A DNA stretch of 64,000 nucleotides from Candidatus Hermodarchaeum yapensis (GTDB lineage: Archaea; Asgardarchaeota; Hermodarchaeia; Hermodarchaeales; Hermodarchaeaceae). Positions 28,761-39,180 of this stretch are shown here, piece after piece. Each line of letters opens with the position of its first letter. The first letter of the stretch is position 1. The stretch lies in contig JAEOSK010000009.1 in the NCBI GenBank assembly GCA_016840405.1, positions 26,808 to 90,807 of the forward strand, written 5' to 3'. Position numbers and translations under genes: made by a program. The notes beneath the pieces are model-generated. The model was not told the origin of the DNA. It ran no database searches and saw only the letters and a list, made by a program, of their open reading frames with translations.

Positions 28761-28837
28761 TGGTGGGCCGGACGGGCTTCGAACCCGCGACCTCTCGGTT
28801 ATCAGCCGAGTGCCCTACCAAGCTAGGCCACCGGCCC
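28761..28837 (-). tRNA. tRNA-Ile(GAT)
   Basis: CTCGG-CTGATAA-CCGAG anticodon arm; encoded CCA. Confidence 0.95.
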
Positions 28838-28887
28838 ACATGAAGTACGTGGATGCGCGTAGACTCTTTTCGTTTATCAAAAGCTTT

Positions 28888-29093
28888 GAGACGACTTTTT
28901 CTTTAGGTCGGGGATGAATCATGGAGGTTAAATACGTTTCTGCAATTCATTTAGTGAGGTCCTAGTCGGGGTCCGAGAACCAAGGAACCTGACTGGGCAA
29001 CATCGCCGGAACGGCGAGTAGAGCCTGTGGACCAGTTGACAGTGGTCGATGGTATGAAGCAGGAAGCTCCATCCTTCGGATGGGGTAGTTCAC
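28888..29093 (+). mobile_element. Non-autonomous IS200/IS605-type remnant with right-end (omega/reRNA-like) structure
   Basis: Left-end-like CTTTAGGTCGGGGATGAAT; right-end GAAGCTCCATCCTTCGGATGGGGTAGTTCAC; no tnpA or tnpB. Confidence 0.68.
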
Positions 29094-29121
29094 ATGGATT
29101 TTGCCGAAGCATATTGGGTGT

Positions 29122-29196
29122 TGGTGGAGTGGCCGGGATTTGAACCCGGGGCCTCGTGTGTGCGAGACACGCGATCTACCACTGATCTACCACCCC
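29122..29196 (-). tRNA. tRNA-Ala(CGC)
   Basis: G3-U70 pair; CGTGT-CTCGCAC-ACACG; encoded CCA. Confidence 0.93.
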
Positions 29197-29209
29197 TTTG
29201 GTTTCGGGG

Positions 29210-31606
29210 TTATTTTGGTGGGGGTATTTTTGTGTTGCCCTTTGTGGTGAATTTGATGGTTTTTATGTTATGCATCCGTTTAAGATCCTCGGCGTAGGGT
29301 TTGAGAGTCTTCGTTGTTGAAACTGTTGAGATAGGCGCACGGAGACTCATTTTGTGGTCTTTTTTGTGTTTCCAGAGGTCAGCGTTGAATTGGATCAAGG
29401 TATCGGTGGGGTGGTCTTTTTCAATTCCATCAATAGGTTCAGGGAAGTATAATTTGTGAATAGATGTGTCCGTGTCATAGAGGGTACGGTGAATTTTCTC
29501 GGTGATGAAAGGGCAAATCGGTGCCAAGAGTTTGAGGATGGCATGCAGGATCGTATGAAGAGTGAACCAGGCAGCGTTACGTCCTAGTTCATCCTCTTTG
29601 GAATAGGCACGTCCTTTGACGAGTTCAAGATAATGACTCGCAAAGAGGTCCCAAGTGAAGGTGCGAAGTTCACGGGCAGGAATGATGAAATCGAGTTTGC
29701 TATAACCGGCTCTGGCGCGATGGATTAAATCGTTTAGTTCAGAGAGAATCCAGTGATCAGCAGGTTGGAGTTCAATGTCATCGCCTTTGATTTGTGGGAA
29801 TCCAGAGATGAATCTGGAAATATTCCAAAGTTTAGTAAGAAACCGATATGCCCCTGCAAGCCGACCTTCACTGAATCGGAAATCAGAACCTAAAGAGGCT
29901 TCAAGAGCACCCCAAAGACGTAATGCGTCTGTGCCATATTGGTCGAACAATGGGTTAGGATCAATACTATTTCCACGGGATTTACTCATTCTTTCTCCAT
30001 GCTCATCAAGACCCATCCCACTGATCCAGATGTATTCGAAGGCGGGAGCCTTGAAAAGCTGGTAAACACGTAAAATTGAATAGAAAAGCCAAGTGCGAAC
30101 TATATCCTTCCCCTGGGGACGAATGCTAGCTGGAAAAAGACGTTGAAAGAGTTCATTGTCTTTAGTGTAGAAAGTGACAATAAGGGAGCTGATGGATGAG
30201 TCCATCCAAGTGTCCATAGTCCGAGTTTCCCCTTCGAAACTTTCCGAAGCCCCGCATTTTGGGCAATTCTTAATTGGTGGAGGAGTCTTCCACGGTTGAT
30301 AATATGGACCAACTGGTGGAACAATTGTCTCGTCACATTGTGTACAATACCAAAGGGGGATTTCGGTACCATAAAACCGACGACGGCTAATAGGCCAGTC
30401 CCGATTGACGCTATTTATCCAATCGATGAGAATCTGCTTGTTTGCGGTGGGAAAGAAAGTCATTTTATCGATGACGTTGCGAAGTTCATCAAGGTATGGT
30501 GTTTGTTTCAGGTAGTATTCTGGCATGGCAATGAATTCAATGGGGTTTCGACTCCGCCAACAGGTAGGTGTTCGATGAGAAATTGTCTCTTGTTTGATAA
30601 CGAGGTCCTTCTTGTGGAGGTCGTCGAGGATTGCTTTTCGTGCTTCCTTAATAGTCATGTCTTTGTAAGGGCCTGCAGCTTCTGTCATTTTCCCATCGGC
30701 ATCTAGGGCGTTGATTGGTTGGAGCTGTAGTTCTCTAAATAGTCTAACATCTGTATAATCGCCATAACTACAAACCATAACGACGCCGGTACCGAATTCA
30801 ATTCGAGCTTCGTGGTGCGGAATGATAGGAACTCGTTTATTGTATAACGGTGTGAGCGCGGTTTTATTTTGAAGATGTTGGTATCGTTCATCATCGGGGT
30901 TAACGAGGACAGCTGCGCATGCTGATAGGAGTTCAGGTCGTGTAGTAGCAATGAGTAATTCTTCACCTGAATCCTCAATAGTGAATTTCAGGGTTGTAAG
31001 GGTGGTTTGAATGTCTTTATATTCAACTTCAGCATCTGCGATGGTAGTTCCGCATTCGGAACACCAGTTATTGGGACGATCATCGATATAGACGAGTCCT
31101 TGATTGTATAGTTCAATGAACGTTCGTTGTGTAACTGCACGATAATCTGGATGATCAGTACGATACATCTCGTCGTGTTTGAAGGAGTTACAACTCAAAC
31201 CCAAACGTTGAGCCATTGCAACAATGAGTCTTTCATTTTGGTCCAGAAATTCAGCACACTTATTCAGAAACTCTTGACGAGGAATATCGTGCATACTTAT
31301 GTTGTAAGCTTTTTCCACTTGAACCTCGATGGGTAGTCCATTACGGTCTAGCCCCATAGGGAAAATGACCTCATAACCTTCCATGCGTTTTGTTCTGGCA
31401 ATCGTATCAATTTGAGCATAATGAATAGCACCGCCAATATGCCAAGGTCCGCTTAGGTAAGGAGGAGGTATGTCTATGGAATAGATGGGGCTCTGGGTTT
31501 CCCGGTGGAATGTGTAAAGCTGATCTTTGGTCCAAAGCTCAAGGATTTCTAATTCGATTTCTGGTTGCCAGCGTTTTTCCTTTAATTGTGTATTTTGCCC
31601 CATCAT
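29210..31606 (-). CDS. valS: Valine--tRNA ligase
   Basis: PPPYLSGPWHIG, WPISRRR, DTWMDSS, RMSKS. Confidence 0.93.
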   Translation of the reverse strand: MMGQNTQLKEKRWQPEIELEILELWTKDQLYTFHRETQSPIYSIDIPPPYLSGPWHIGGAIHYAQIDTIARTKRMEGYEVIFPMGLDRNGLPIEVQVEKAYNISMHDIPRQEFLNKCAEFLDQNERLIVAMAQRLGLSCNSFKHDEMYRTDHPDYRAVTQRTFIELYNQGLVYIDDRPNNWCSECGTTIADAEVEYKDIQTTLTTLKFTIEDSGEELLIATTRPELLSACAAVLVNPDDERYQHLQNKTALTPLYNKRVPIIPHHEARIEFGTGVVMVCSYGDYTDVRLFRELQLQPINALDADGKMTEAAGPYKDMTIKEARKAILDDLHKKDLVIKQETISHRTPTCWRSRNPIEFIAMPEYYLKQTPYLDELRNVIDKMTFFPTANKQILIDWINSVNRDWPISRRRFYGTEIPLWYCTQCDETIVPPVGPYYQPWKTPPPIKNCPKCGASESFEGETRTMDTWMDSSISSLIVTFYTKDNELFQRLFPASIRPQGKDIVRTWLFYSILRVYQLFKAPAFEYIWISGMGLDEHGERMSKSRGNSIDPNPLFDQYGTDALRLWGALEASLGSDFRFSEGRLAGAYRFLTKLWNISRFISGFPQIKGDDIELQPADHWILSELNDLIHRARAGYSKLDFIIPARELRTFTWDLFASHYLELVKGRAYSKEDELGRNAAWFTLHTILHAILKLLAPICPFITEKIHRTLYDTDTSIHKLYFPEPIDGIEKDHPTDTLIQFNADLWKHKKDHKMSLRAPISTVSTTKTLKPYAEDLKRMHNIKTIKFTTKGNTKIPPPK

Positions 31607-31727
31607 TAGAAACCTCTAATTCAATAGTTGAGGTGGTGGTAAACGGGTTTTAATTGATTATTTTTTATTTGACCAGTGGACGGCATTCTTTCGCATGTTA
31701 AAAAGGCTTTCTCCAAGATTTTTTAAC

Positions 31728-32987
31728 CTAAGCCTGATCAGCCCAACGAAGGAGGGCACCAATACCTCGAAATGCGATGAGGAGTTGTTTCCCTTCTTCA
31801 GTTTCAGGTGATATGATTTCGATTTTCGCTCCTGTTTCGTTCGATAATTCCCCTAACTCTTCAATTAGATCTTGCGTTTCAGTAATTTGCAAAGTCTGGT
31901 TCTGACACTTTGTACACTGTTGGTTGGCTAGATCATTCTCAAATCGTGTTATCACATCGGGTGTCAGCGTTCTCTCAGTAGTGTGACCGCAAGAGCTACA
32001 ATTAATTGTGACTCTTGATAATTCGATACCCTCGGAGACTAAGATGATTTCAACTGCACCTCGGTCGAGTGCTTCTCGGACCTGTCTTTCACCGTATGTA
32101 GCCCGACCAGTATCGCGAGCCAATTCACCCAGGAAGCGTTGGACGAGACGTTTTTCTTTCATTAAGCGTTGGTTTCGAAGAATCTCTCCTGATTTTTCCA
32201 CTAAGGCTCGGATGCCCTCTTCTCCAGAGTAGGCTGTGTCAAGAACTGCTAATACCTTGTCCTTCAACGGAGAAGTCAGGTAGCCCTTCTCTGAAAAGAC
32301 TTCTTTGGTGAAACCTGGACCCCCTATGATTATTCCCCTTAAATCCGGAATATCTTCGAATAGTTCTCTTGTTAATTCGCTGGATCGAGTGAGAAATTCA
32401 TGGGCTGCCTGTTCTATGAGACGTTCGAACCGTCGCTGACTCTGCCCACCTGCTCGGTGTTTGCCCATAATCCCTGATTTAACCGTTTTTACAACCTGTA
32501 AGTTGGTTCCGCGTAATAGGGCCCAAGCAGCGGCACTTCGGTCAATTGAGATTAAACCATAGCTATCCTTTGGGGTTAACATTTCGTGCAGAGGATTGAG
32601 CCAGAATTCTGCAGCACACCGGTAGATGTATACATTCACTGGCTCAGGCGGTTCAATCAGATATATTTCCATTTTTTCGCTACCAGGTGCTCCATGAGGA
32701 ATGGCCCCTGCGAACACGGCTAATCCGTTAGGTGGAGGTTTAGGAATGATTTTCAAACGTTGGATTACCGTTTGGATTGCATCCATCACATTCTTTCTTG
32801 TTGATTTAGATTTGATGTTGGTTGCAGTTCCATATTCCGTTCGTAGTGTTGAGAGTACATCGCTCATTTGACGTTCGGGTGGAATGTAAAGGGTTATTAA
32901 CTCCGTATGAAGTCCTTTTTTCTCTGCGAGAGTGTCCACTACCTTCTTGAGCCTGAACCGCCGATATGATTCGCTAGTAGTGGACAT
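31728..32987 (-). CDS. prf1: Peptide chain release factor aRF1
   Basis: NIKS, YRC and GGQ motifs; start at MSTTS assumed. Confidence 0.95.
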   Translation of the reverse strand: MSTTSESYRRFRLKKVVDTLAEKKGLHTELITLYIPPERQMSDVLSTLRTEYGTATNIKSKSTRKNVMDAIQTVIQRLKIIPKPPPNGLAVFAGAIPHGAPGSEKMEIYLIEPPEPVNVYIYRCAAEFWLNPLHEMLTPKDSYGLISIDRSAAAWALLRGTNLQVVKTVKSGIMGKHRAGGQSQRRFERLIEQAAHEFLTRSSELTRELFEDIPDLRGIIIGGPGFTKEVFSEKGYLTSPLKDKVLAVLDTAYSGEEGIRALVEKSGEILRNQRLMKEKRLVQRFLGELARDTGRATYGERQVREALDRGAVEIILVSEGIELSRVTINCSSCGHTTERTLTPDVITRFENDLANQQCTKCQNQTLQITETQDLIEELGELSNETGAKIEIISPETEEGKQLLIAFRGIGALLRWADQA

Positions 32988-33097
32988 AGATAGCAACTCC
33001 TTGCTCGCATAAAGCAAAAAGGCATGTATGCGATATTAAGTGCGAGCAGCAACCGTTAAAGGTATCCAAAAACTTTTCGAACTACAGAGGCGTTCCG

Positions 33098-33793
33098 ATG
33101 AAACTCGTAATAAAAATTGGTGGTTCCCTTCTATTTGATGAGGATGAACAGTTCGATATTGCCCGATATCAGGGATTTGCCAACGCAATTCAACAAATTA
33201 AGGAACTTGGGCATAACATCGTATTGGTAATCGGAGGAGGCGTTCTTGCGAAATCCTTGGTGAAAAATGGAAAATTATTAGGTGCAAACCGTGACATACT
33301 GGACCAGCTGGGTATCGCAGCAACTTGGGTTTGTGCCCAACTGATGATTACAGCATTGCGAGATGTAGCCTATCCAACTCCAATAATGAGTGAAGAACAA
33401 CTAGCTAACCTTCAAAATGATGAACGTCTTCTTATTCTCGGTGGTCTTCGTCCTGGTCAATCGACCAATGCTGTCGCTGCCCAAGTTGCTGAATTAACGA
33501 ATTCAAAAATTCTGCTTAACGTCACTGATGTCGAAGGCGTCTATGACAGCGATCCTAAAGAGTTCACTCAAGCAAAGCTTCTGTCAGAAATCACCATTGA
33601 TCAATTACGAAAAATTATCGCCCCCCTAGAAAGCCAACCTGGAACTTACCCTCTCTTTGATAAACCCGCCCTAGATATAATCCAACGGGCCCAAATCGAA
33701 GTCTGGTTTGTCAATGGAACAACCCCCGAAAACATTGTCCAAGCCTTAGAAAAGGGAAAAATTGGTACTAGAATCGTGCCATCAGAGGTTTAG
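33098..33793 (+). CDS. pyrH: Uridylate kinase
   Basis: VIKIGGS, GGG, PGQSTNAVAA, TDVEGVYDSDP. Confidence 0.9.
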   Translation: MKLVIKIGGSLLFDEDEQFDIARYQGFANAIQQIKELGHNIVLVIGGGVLAKSLVKNGKLLGANRDILDQLGIAATWVCAQLMITALRDVAYPTPIMSEEQLANLQNDERLLILGGLRPGQSTNAVAAQVAELTNSKILLNVTDVEGVYDSDPKEFTQAKLLSEITIDQLRKIIAPLESQPGTYPLFDKPALDIIQRAQIEVWFVNGTTPENIVQALEKGKIGTRIVPSEV

Positions 33794-33870
33794 ACTATGT
33801 TGATGGCTTTCGCGGCAAACCTTTTTTGTAAGAGCTTCCCATTATTGACATTAGGTTCATTTCCAGAGCG

Positions 33871-34176
33871 GTGAGTTGGCTACATCCAATGGGTCGATTA
33901 AAAGAGTTGTTCGGTGACACTCCACAGATTCGGCTTCTCGAAGTGCTCATTCAACAGAAGGATACAACGATGCATCTTTCCATGCTTGCCCGACGCGCGA
34001 AGGTTTCAGTATCATCCGTTGAAAGGTGTCTTCTTCCTCTGATAAAAGCGGGAATTGTTTCGGATATTCGATTTTTTCGACGTAGACGAATCCTCCATTT
34101 AAACCCAAAACATCCTGTCGCACAATTACTTGTTAGCTTTGCTCAAGAAATTGATAATGACTGGGGTTCTAAGTAA
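33871..34176 (+). CDS. wHTH protein
   Basis: LFGDTPQIRLL...LARRAKVSVSSV. Confidence 0.7.
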   Translation: MSWLHPMGRLKELFGDTPQIRLLEVLIQQKDTTMHLSMLARRAKVSVSSVERCLLPLIKAGIVSDIRFFRRRRILHLNPKHPVAQLLVSFAQEIDNDWGSK

Positions 34177-34191
34177 GGGAATTTAATCTGT

Positions 34192-35331
34192 TTACATATT
34201 TGCCTGTTTCTTGATTTGGGTGAGCAGTTTCTTCGGGTGATAGATTTCAGCCCACCGTTTCTTCTTTCCTATCTCAATATGCACAAGGGTTTCTGATATC
34301 CGGAAGGCCCGGTTCACATACCCTAAGGCTACGCCTTTTCGGAGAAGCGGAGAAATGGATCCACTTGTGACTTCTCCAATCACTTCACCTTTTGCGTAAA
34401 TTGGGTTACCCGTTCTTGGTATTCCCTTCTCCAACATAATGAGCCCCACCCGAAGTCGTTGGGGTTTTTCCGCCTTCTCGGTAACCAGCGCCTCTTTACC
34501 TATGAATTTTTCTTTTTTCAAATGGACAATAAATCCAATCCGTGCTTGATATGGGCTAGTATTCTCGTTGATATCGTTTCCGTAAAGAGCCATTCCCGCC
34601 TCAAGACGAAGAGTATCCCGTGCAGCTAAACCGACTGGGACGAGTCCTTCTCCCTTCCCGTGCTGAAGAATATCTTCCCACAATTGAACTGCCAACTTTT
34701 TTTTATCAAGATTTACATTGAGCTGAGCAATCTCAAATCCATCCTCTCCTGTATACCCACTACGGGTGGCGATGACATCAAATCCGTTTAGCTTCGTTTT
34801 CACCGAGTGAAAACGGGGGACTGAATTCAAATCACTTGATGTGAGTTTCTGTAAGATCTTTACCGCTGCAGGTCCCTGAAGAGCAAACATCGGAGTGCTA
34901 TCAGAAATATTCGAAATCTTGACATTAAATTCCTTAGTGTGTTTTTTCATCCAACCAAAGTCTTTCTTTCGGTTCGCTCCATTGACTACCATATAGTATT
35001 CATTATCTGCTAAGCGGAACAGAAAGAGGTCATCAACGATACCGCCATTTTTGGTGCAGAAAGCACTGTATGTTCCCCCACCGTTTTCCAAACGGTGAAT
35101 CCGTGTAGGTAAGAGGTTGTCAAGATATTGAGTGGCTTCAGAACCGGTGATCATCGCTCTACCCATGTGGGTTACATCAAAAATCCCCGCAGCTTTCCGA
35201 GTAGTAATATGCTCTGTAGTGATGGCTTGGTACCATAAGGGCATATGAAACCCTGCGAATGACACCATTTTAGCTCCATGATCCTCATGCCAATCGTGTA
35301 AATGTGTTGTAAGTAATTTTGATTTAGTCAA
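34192..35331 (-). CDS. gcvT: Glycine cleavage T protein
   Basis: FDVTHMG, GYTGEDGFE, RDTLRLEAG. Confidence 0.95.
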   Translation of the reverse strand: MTKSKLLTTHLHDWHEDHGAKMVSFAGFHMPLWYQAITTEHITTRKAAGIFDVTHMGRAMITGSEATQYLDNLLPTRIHRLENGGGTYSAFCTKNGGIVDDLFLFRLADNEYYMVVNGANRKKDFGWMKKHTKEFNVKISNISDSTPMFALQGPAAVKILQKLTSSDLNSVPRFHSVKTKLNGFDVIATRSGYTGEDGFEIAQLNVNLDKKKLAVQLWEDILQHGKGEGLVPVGLAARDTLRLEAGMALYGNDINENTSPYQARIGFIVHLKKEKFIGKEALVTEKAEKPQRLRVGLIMLEKGIPRTGNPIYAKGEVIGEVTSGSISPLLRKGVALGYVNRAFRISETLVHIEIGKKKRWAEIYHPKKLLTQIKKQANM

Positions 35332-35400
35332 AGCAATAACCTCTGTGGAACGGTCGATTTCTTATTTGGGCAAGTGGCATTAAGTTTTCGGTGACCACTA

Positions 35401-36234
35401 ATGAGTTCTTCTCAAGCACAGCTTGGTTCAGTAAGTGTAGGTGACAATCAGCCAGTAGCCATAATGGGAATTATCAATCTGGATCCCCACTCTTTCTATC
35501 AGAACTCCTACCATGCCTCTTCCAAGGAAGTTCTATCAGCCGTTGAGAGAATGGTAGATGAGAATGTTGATATGATTGACGTTGGTGGTGTATCAACCGC
35601 ACCTGGTTCTCCTATACCGCCAGTTGAGATAGAAAAAAAGCGCGTAGTCAAGATTATTCAATCAATTGTAAAAAACTGGGACGTACCAGTATCAATCGAT
35701 ACATACCGGGCATCAGTTGCACAGGTTGCCCTAGTAAAAGGTGCAACTATTGTCAATGATGTATCTGGGTTGAAATTTGATCCCAATATGGCTAAAATCA
35801 TCCAAGATTTTGGCGCAAGTTGCGTGCTAATGGCTACAAAAAACCGACCTGGTGACCGGACTACTAGTACTCAGGTAGTATCCGCATTGAGAAGGAGTCT
35901 CCATATTGCTCATACTGCAGAAATTCCCTCAAACTTTATTGTTGTAGATCCAGGTCTTGGATTTGGCAAACCGTTCCAAAATGACTTGGAACTTATTCGG
36001 AACTTAAGGAAAATCCGGATTCTGAAAAAACCAATTTTACTGGGCGTGTCTAGAAAAAGTTTCATCGGCAAGGTTTTGGGCTATCCTTCTCCCCAAGACC
36101 GTCTATTTGGGACACTTGCAGCTGTGACAATTGCCATACTGGAAGGTGCTCATGTTATTCGGGCTCATGATGTTCGCGCAACGAGTGACTGCGCAAAAAT
36201 GGTCACTGCGTTTTCTAGTAACTTAAGAATGTGA
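35401..36234 (+). CDS. folP: Dihydropteroate synthase
   Basis: IMGIIN, SIDT, NDVSG, DPGLGFGK, SRKSF, IRAHDV. Confidence 0.93.
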   Translation: MSSSQAQLGSVSVGDNQPVAIMGIINLDPHSFYQNSYHASSKEVLSAVERMVDENVDMIDVGGVSTAPGSPIPPVEIEKKRVVKIIQSIVKNWDVPVSIDTYRASVAQVALVKGATIVNDVSGLKFDPNMAKIIQDFGASCVLMATKNRPGDRTTSTQVVSALRRSLHIAHTAEIPSNFIVVDPGLGFGKPFQNDLELIRNLRKIRILKKPILLGVSRKSFIGKVLGYPSPQDRLFGTLAAVTIAILEGAHVIRAHDVRATSDCAKMVTAFSSNLRM

Positions 36235-36240
36235 AGAAAA

Positions 36241-37020
36241 ATGGAGCTAATAGGTATTAGGACTCCAATTATCCAGCCTGGAGATGACTTAATTGAACAT
36301 CTGGTTTCTGCCATTACTGAACAAGGGCTAACAGTAGAATCTCAGGACATCATCGTTGTGGCTGAAACGGTTGTTGCAACAGCGCAAAACCGGCTTCGTA
36401 AATTGTCGACGGTTTCGGTTTCCCCTCAAGCTCAGGAATTAGCTGAGCGTTATGAAATGGATGTGCATTTGGTTCAAATCATCTTGGAAGAGGCGGATGA
36501 AATACTCGGGGGTGTACCTCATGTACTCCTGACCATTAAGGATAACACCTTGATGGCCAATGCTGGAATAGATCGGTCGAATGCACCATCAGGTCATGTG
36601 GTACTTCTCCCATCCAAAACTACAGAGACCGCTTGGCAAATTAAAAACGAGTTAGAAAAGAAAACTGGTCATGAGCTGGGTATTGTGATTGCAGACAGTC
36701 GGACACAGCCCTTACGACTCGGTACCGTCGGGCTCGCGGTAGCTGTTGCCGGAATTGAACCAATCAAAGACTATCGTGGGCAATCAGACCTCTTTTCATA
36801 TCCTCTTCGTATCACCCGATCTGCCATCGCAGATAATCTCGCTTCAGCAGCACAACTCATCATGGGAGAAGCTGATGAACAAATTCCAGCGGTCATAATT
36901 CGGGGAGCACCTGTTACTTTCACGAAAAGACGAGTTTCACCCAACGAGCTGACAATCTCTCGGCAAGAATGTTTGTATATGGCAATTTTTGAACAATACA
37001 GAAATTCAGCTACGATATAA
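36241..37020 (+). CDS. cofE: CofE-family gamma-glutamyl ligase
   Basis: NAGIDRSN, IADSRTQPLRLG, ADNLASAA..MGEADE. Confidence 0.85.
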   Translation: MELIGIRTPIIQPGDDLIEHLVSAITEQGLTVESQDIIVVAETVVATAQNRLRKLSTVSVSPQAQELAERYEMDVHLVQIILEEADEILGGVPHVLLTIKDNTLMANAGIDRSNAPSGHVVLLPSKTTETAWQIKNELEKKTGHELGIVIADSRTQPLRLGTVGLAVAVAGIEPIKDYRGQSDLFSYPLRITRSAIADNLASAAQLIMGEADEQIPAVIIRGAPVTFTKRRVSPNELTISRQECLYMAIFEQYRNSATI

Positions 37021-37035
37021 TTTTTGTAAAAAGGC

Positions 37036-37119
37036 GGAGAGCGGCTCAGTACTCAAGATCCCTGTCATTCCTATAGAGTTCTATAGGTCGTAAGGGTCAG
37101 GTCTTCACAGCCATTCTCC
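37036..37119 (-). ncRNA. C/D-box methylation guide sRNA
   Basis: Terminal stem GGAGA-TGGC/GCCG-TCTCC, C-like box GTGAAGA, internal hairpin, guide GGATCTTGAGTA, D box CTGA. Confidence 0.72.
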
Positions 37120-37169
37120 AGCTAAAATCAGGTTTTCTTGCCTTTTATGCCTTGAGCATCAAAAAAGAA

Positions 37170-37275
37170 TGGTGCGGCTTCCGGGAATTTCGGTGACTGC
37201 ATAAAGCAGGTCGTGCTTTCGAACCCGGGTCTCAGGCGTGGGAGGCCTGGGTCATAACCACTAGACCAAAGCCGC
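37170..37275 (-). tRNA. tRNA-Gly(CCC) with 31-nt T-loop intron (37187-37217)
   Basis: CAGGC-CTCCCAC-GCCTG; BHB TTCG/CGAA at position 59/60. Confidence 0.9.
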
Positions 37276-37604
37276 GTGGATTCTTAGTTGAAAAAGTATC
37301 AAGTCAACCTAAAACAATTTTGGTAATTTGTTAATAAGAATAGTAAATTATCTGTGGGGTTTTTTGTACAGATTGAGGAGGAAATTGACGTAAGTCACCT
37401 GTTATTTTGGAGTATAACATAAAAATGCAAATTATGGTCCATCACAAAGTGATGTGAAAAGACCTCACGTTTCTCTTAAAATGAGGCGTAAGGGTTTGAG
37501 TAGTAGACCTAAATCCTAACCATAATACCGTGACCACAAGAGACATTTTGTAGAGTAGAAGAAATGACATATGATGGTTTCTAAAATCTAGCGATGTAAA
37601 GTGG

Positions 37605-39038
37605 TTAGTTACCTTCAACAGCGGGTGGTGAAAATCGATATAGTTGCTGAGTTTTTGCCTTTTCAATGGTTTCCGGGTCTATTCGCTTGAGCTCGCGTTC
37701 AGGGAATGTTGAGAGCATTTCCCAACCCAAATCTAACGTTTGTTCAATGGTTCGTTCTTCAAATTCTCCTTGGTTGAGAAATCCTGTCTCAAACCTTTGG
37801 ATGAAATTCAAATAAACCCGGTCTCGGTCGGAGAGGGCGCCTTCACCAACTACTGCAACGAGATCTCGGAGATCTGACCCTTCACTGGCAGCGTAATATA
37901 ATTGGGCCTGAACCTCGTTGTGGTCTGCTCGAGTGTGACCCTCGCCAATTCCTTCTTTCATTAGCCGACTTAGACTGGGTGCGGGGTCAATTGGTGGGTA
38001 TAGTCCTTTGTTGTGAAGGGCTCGGCTGGTAATGAGTTGTCCCTCGGTGATATATCCAGTTAGGTCAGCTACAGGATGGGTGATGTCATCACCAGGCATG
38101 GTGAGAATGGGCATCTGGGTAATTGTGCCTTTCCGACCAATGATACGACCTGCGCGTTCATATATCGAAGCTAGGTCTGTGTACAAGTAACCAGGATACC
38201 CTCTGCGACCAGGCACCTCTTCTCGGGCTGCTGAGATTTCACGTAAGGCGTTGGAATAGTTGAGCATGTCTGTAAGAATAACCAGAACGTGCATGTCTTG
38301 TTCAAAGGCTAGGTACTCCGCAATAGTAAGGGCGGTTCGGGGGGTAATAATTCGCTCAATGGGTGGGTCATCAGCAAGGTTGAGAACAAGGACACTGGTG
38401 GATAAAGCTCCTGTTTCTTCCAACGTTTTCATGTAAAATTGTGCAGTTTCAGCTGTAATTCCAATGGCACAGAGAATAACTGCAAAATCCTCTTTCTTTC
38501 CAGGAATTTTTGCTTGACGGGTGATTTGGGCTGCAACACGGTCATGGGGTAAGCCTGATCCACTGAAAATTGGAAGCTTTTGTCCCCGGACAAGTGTATT
38601 GAGACCGTCAATTACACTGAGTCCTGTTTGAATAAACTCACGTGGATACTGTCGCGCATCAGGGTTCATAGGAGCTCCGTTCAAATCTAATTCATCTTCA
38701 GGGACAATTGGTGGTCCTTTATCGATAGGAATACCTGATCCATTGAGAGCTCTTCCTAGTAAATCGATGGTGACGGGAGTTCGCATTGTTTCTCCAGTAA
38801 GACGAACTCGAGTAGCTTTTGTGTCAAGTCCTCGGGTCCCTTCAAATACTTGTACAATCGCACGTCCACTCATAGCTTCTAATACAGTTCCACGGCGTAG
38901 AGTACCATCTGGCGCAGTGACTTCAACAAGCTCGTTATAGGCAACGTCTTTAACCTTATCTAGAATCAGAAGAGGTCCTGAGACGGTAGTCACTGTTTGA
39001 TAGGTGGGCTTTAGAACGGCACTTTGTCTGTCAGTCAT
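37605..39038 (-). CDS. atpB: A/V-type ATP synthase subunit B
   Basis: [36 protein letters not shown]. Confidence 0.96.
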   Translation of the reverse strand: MTDRQSAVLKPTYQTVTTVSGPLLILDKVKDVAYNELVEVTAPDGTLRRGTVLEAMSGRAIVQVFEGTRGLDTKATRVRLTGETMRTPVTIDLLGRALNGSGIPIDKGPPIVPEDELDLNGAPMNPDARQYPREFIQTGLSVIDGLNTLVRGQKLPIFSGSGLPHDRVAAQITRQAKIPGKKEDFAVILCAIGITAETAQFYMKTLEETGALSTSVLVLNLADDPPIERIITPRTALTIAEYLAFEQDMHVLVILTDMLNYSNALREISAAREEVPGRRGYPGYLYTDLASIYERAGRIIGRKGTITQMPILTMPGDDITHPVADLTGYITEGQLITSRALHNKGLYPPIDPAPSLSRLMKEGIGEGHTRADHNEVQAQLYYAASEGSDLRDLVAVVGEGALSDRDRVYLNFIQRFETGFLNQGEFEERTIEQTLDLGWEMLSTFPERELKRIDPETIEKAKTQQLYRFSPPAVEGN

Positions 39039-39180
39039 TATTGCAGCCTCACAGTTCCAAATATCCTTCTGATGAAAGATGGCTGGCTTCGGTCACTAGG
39101 CTTGTGCAACTTTTAAGCCTTACCTTGAGACGAGAAATTAATTTGACATTTTTTTCTTATGGCAAAGTTCACGTCACAGA

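Noticed and set aside
37280-37604. Possible gene in the gap after atpB
   Set aside because: No convincing ORF or RNA structure.
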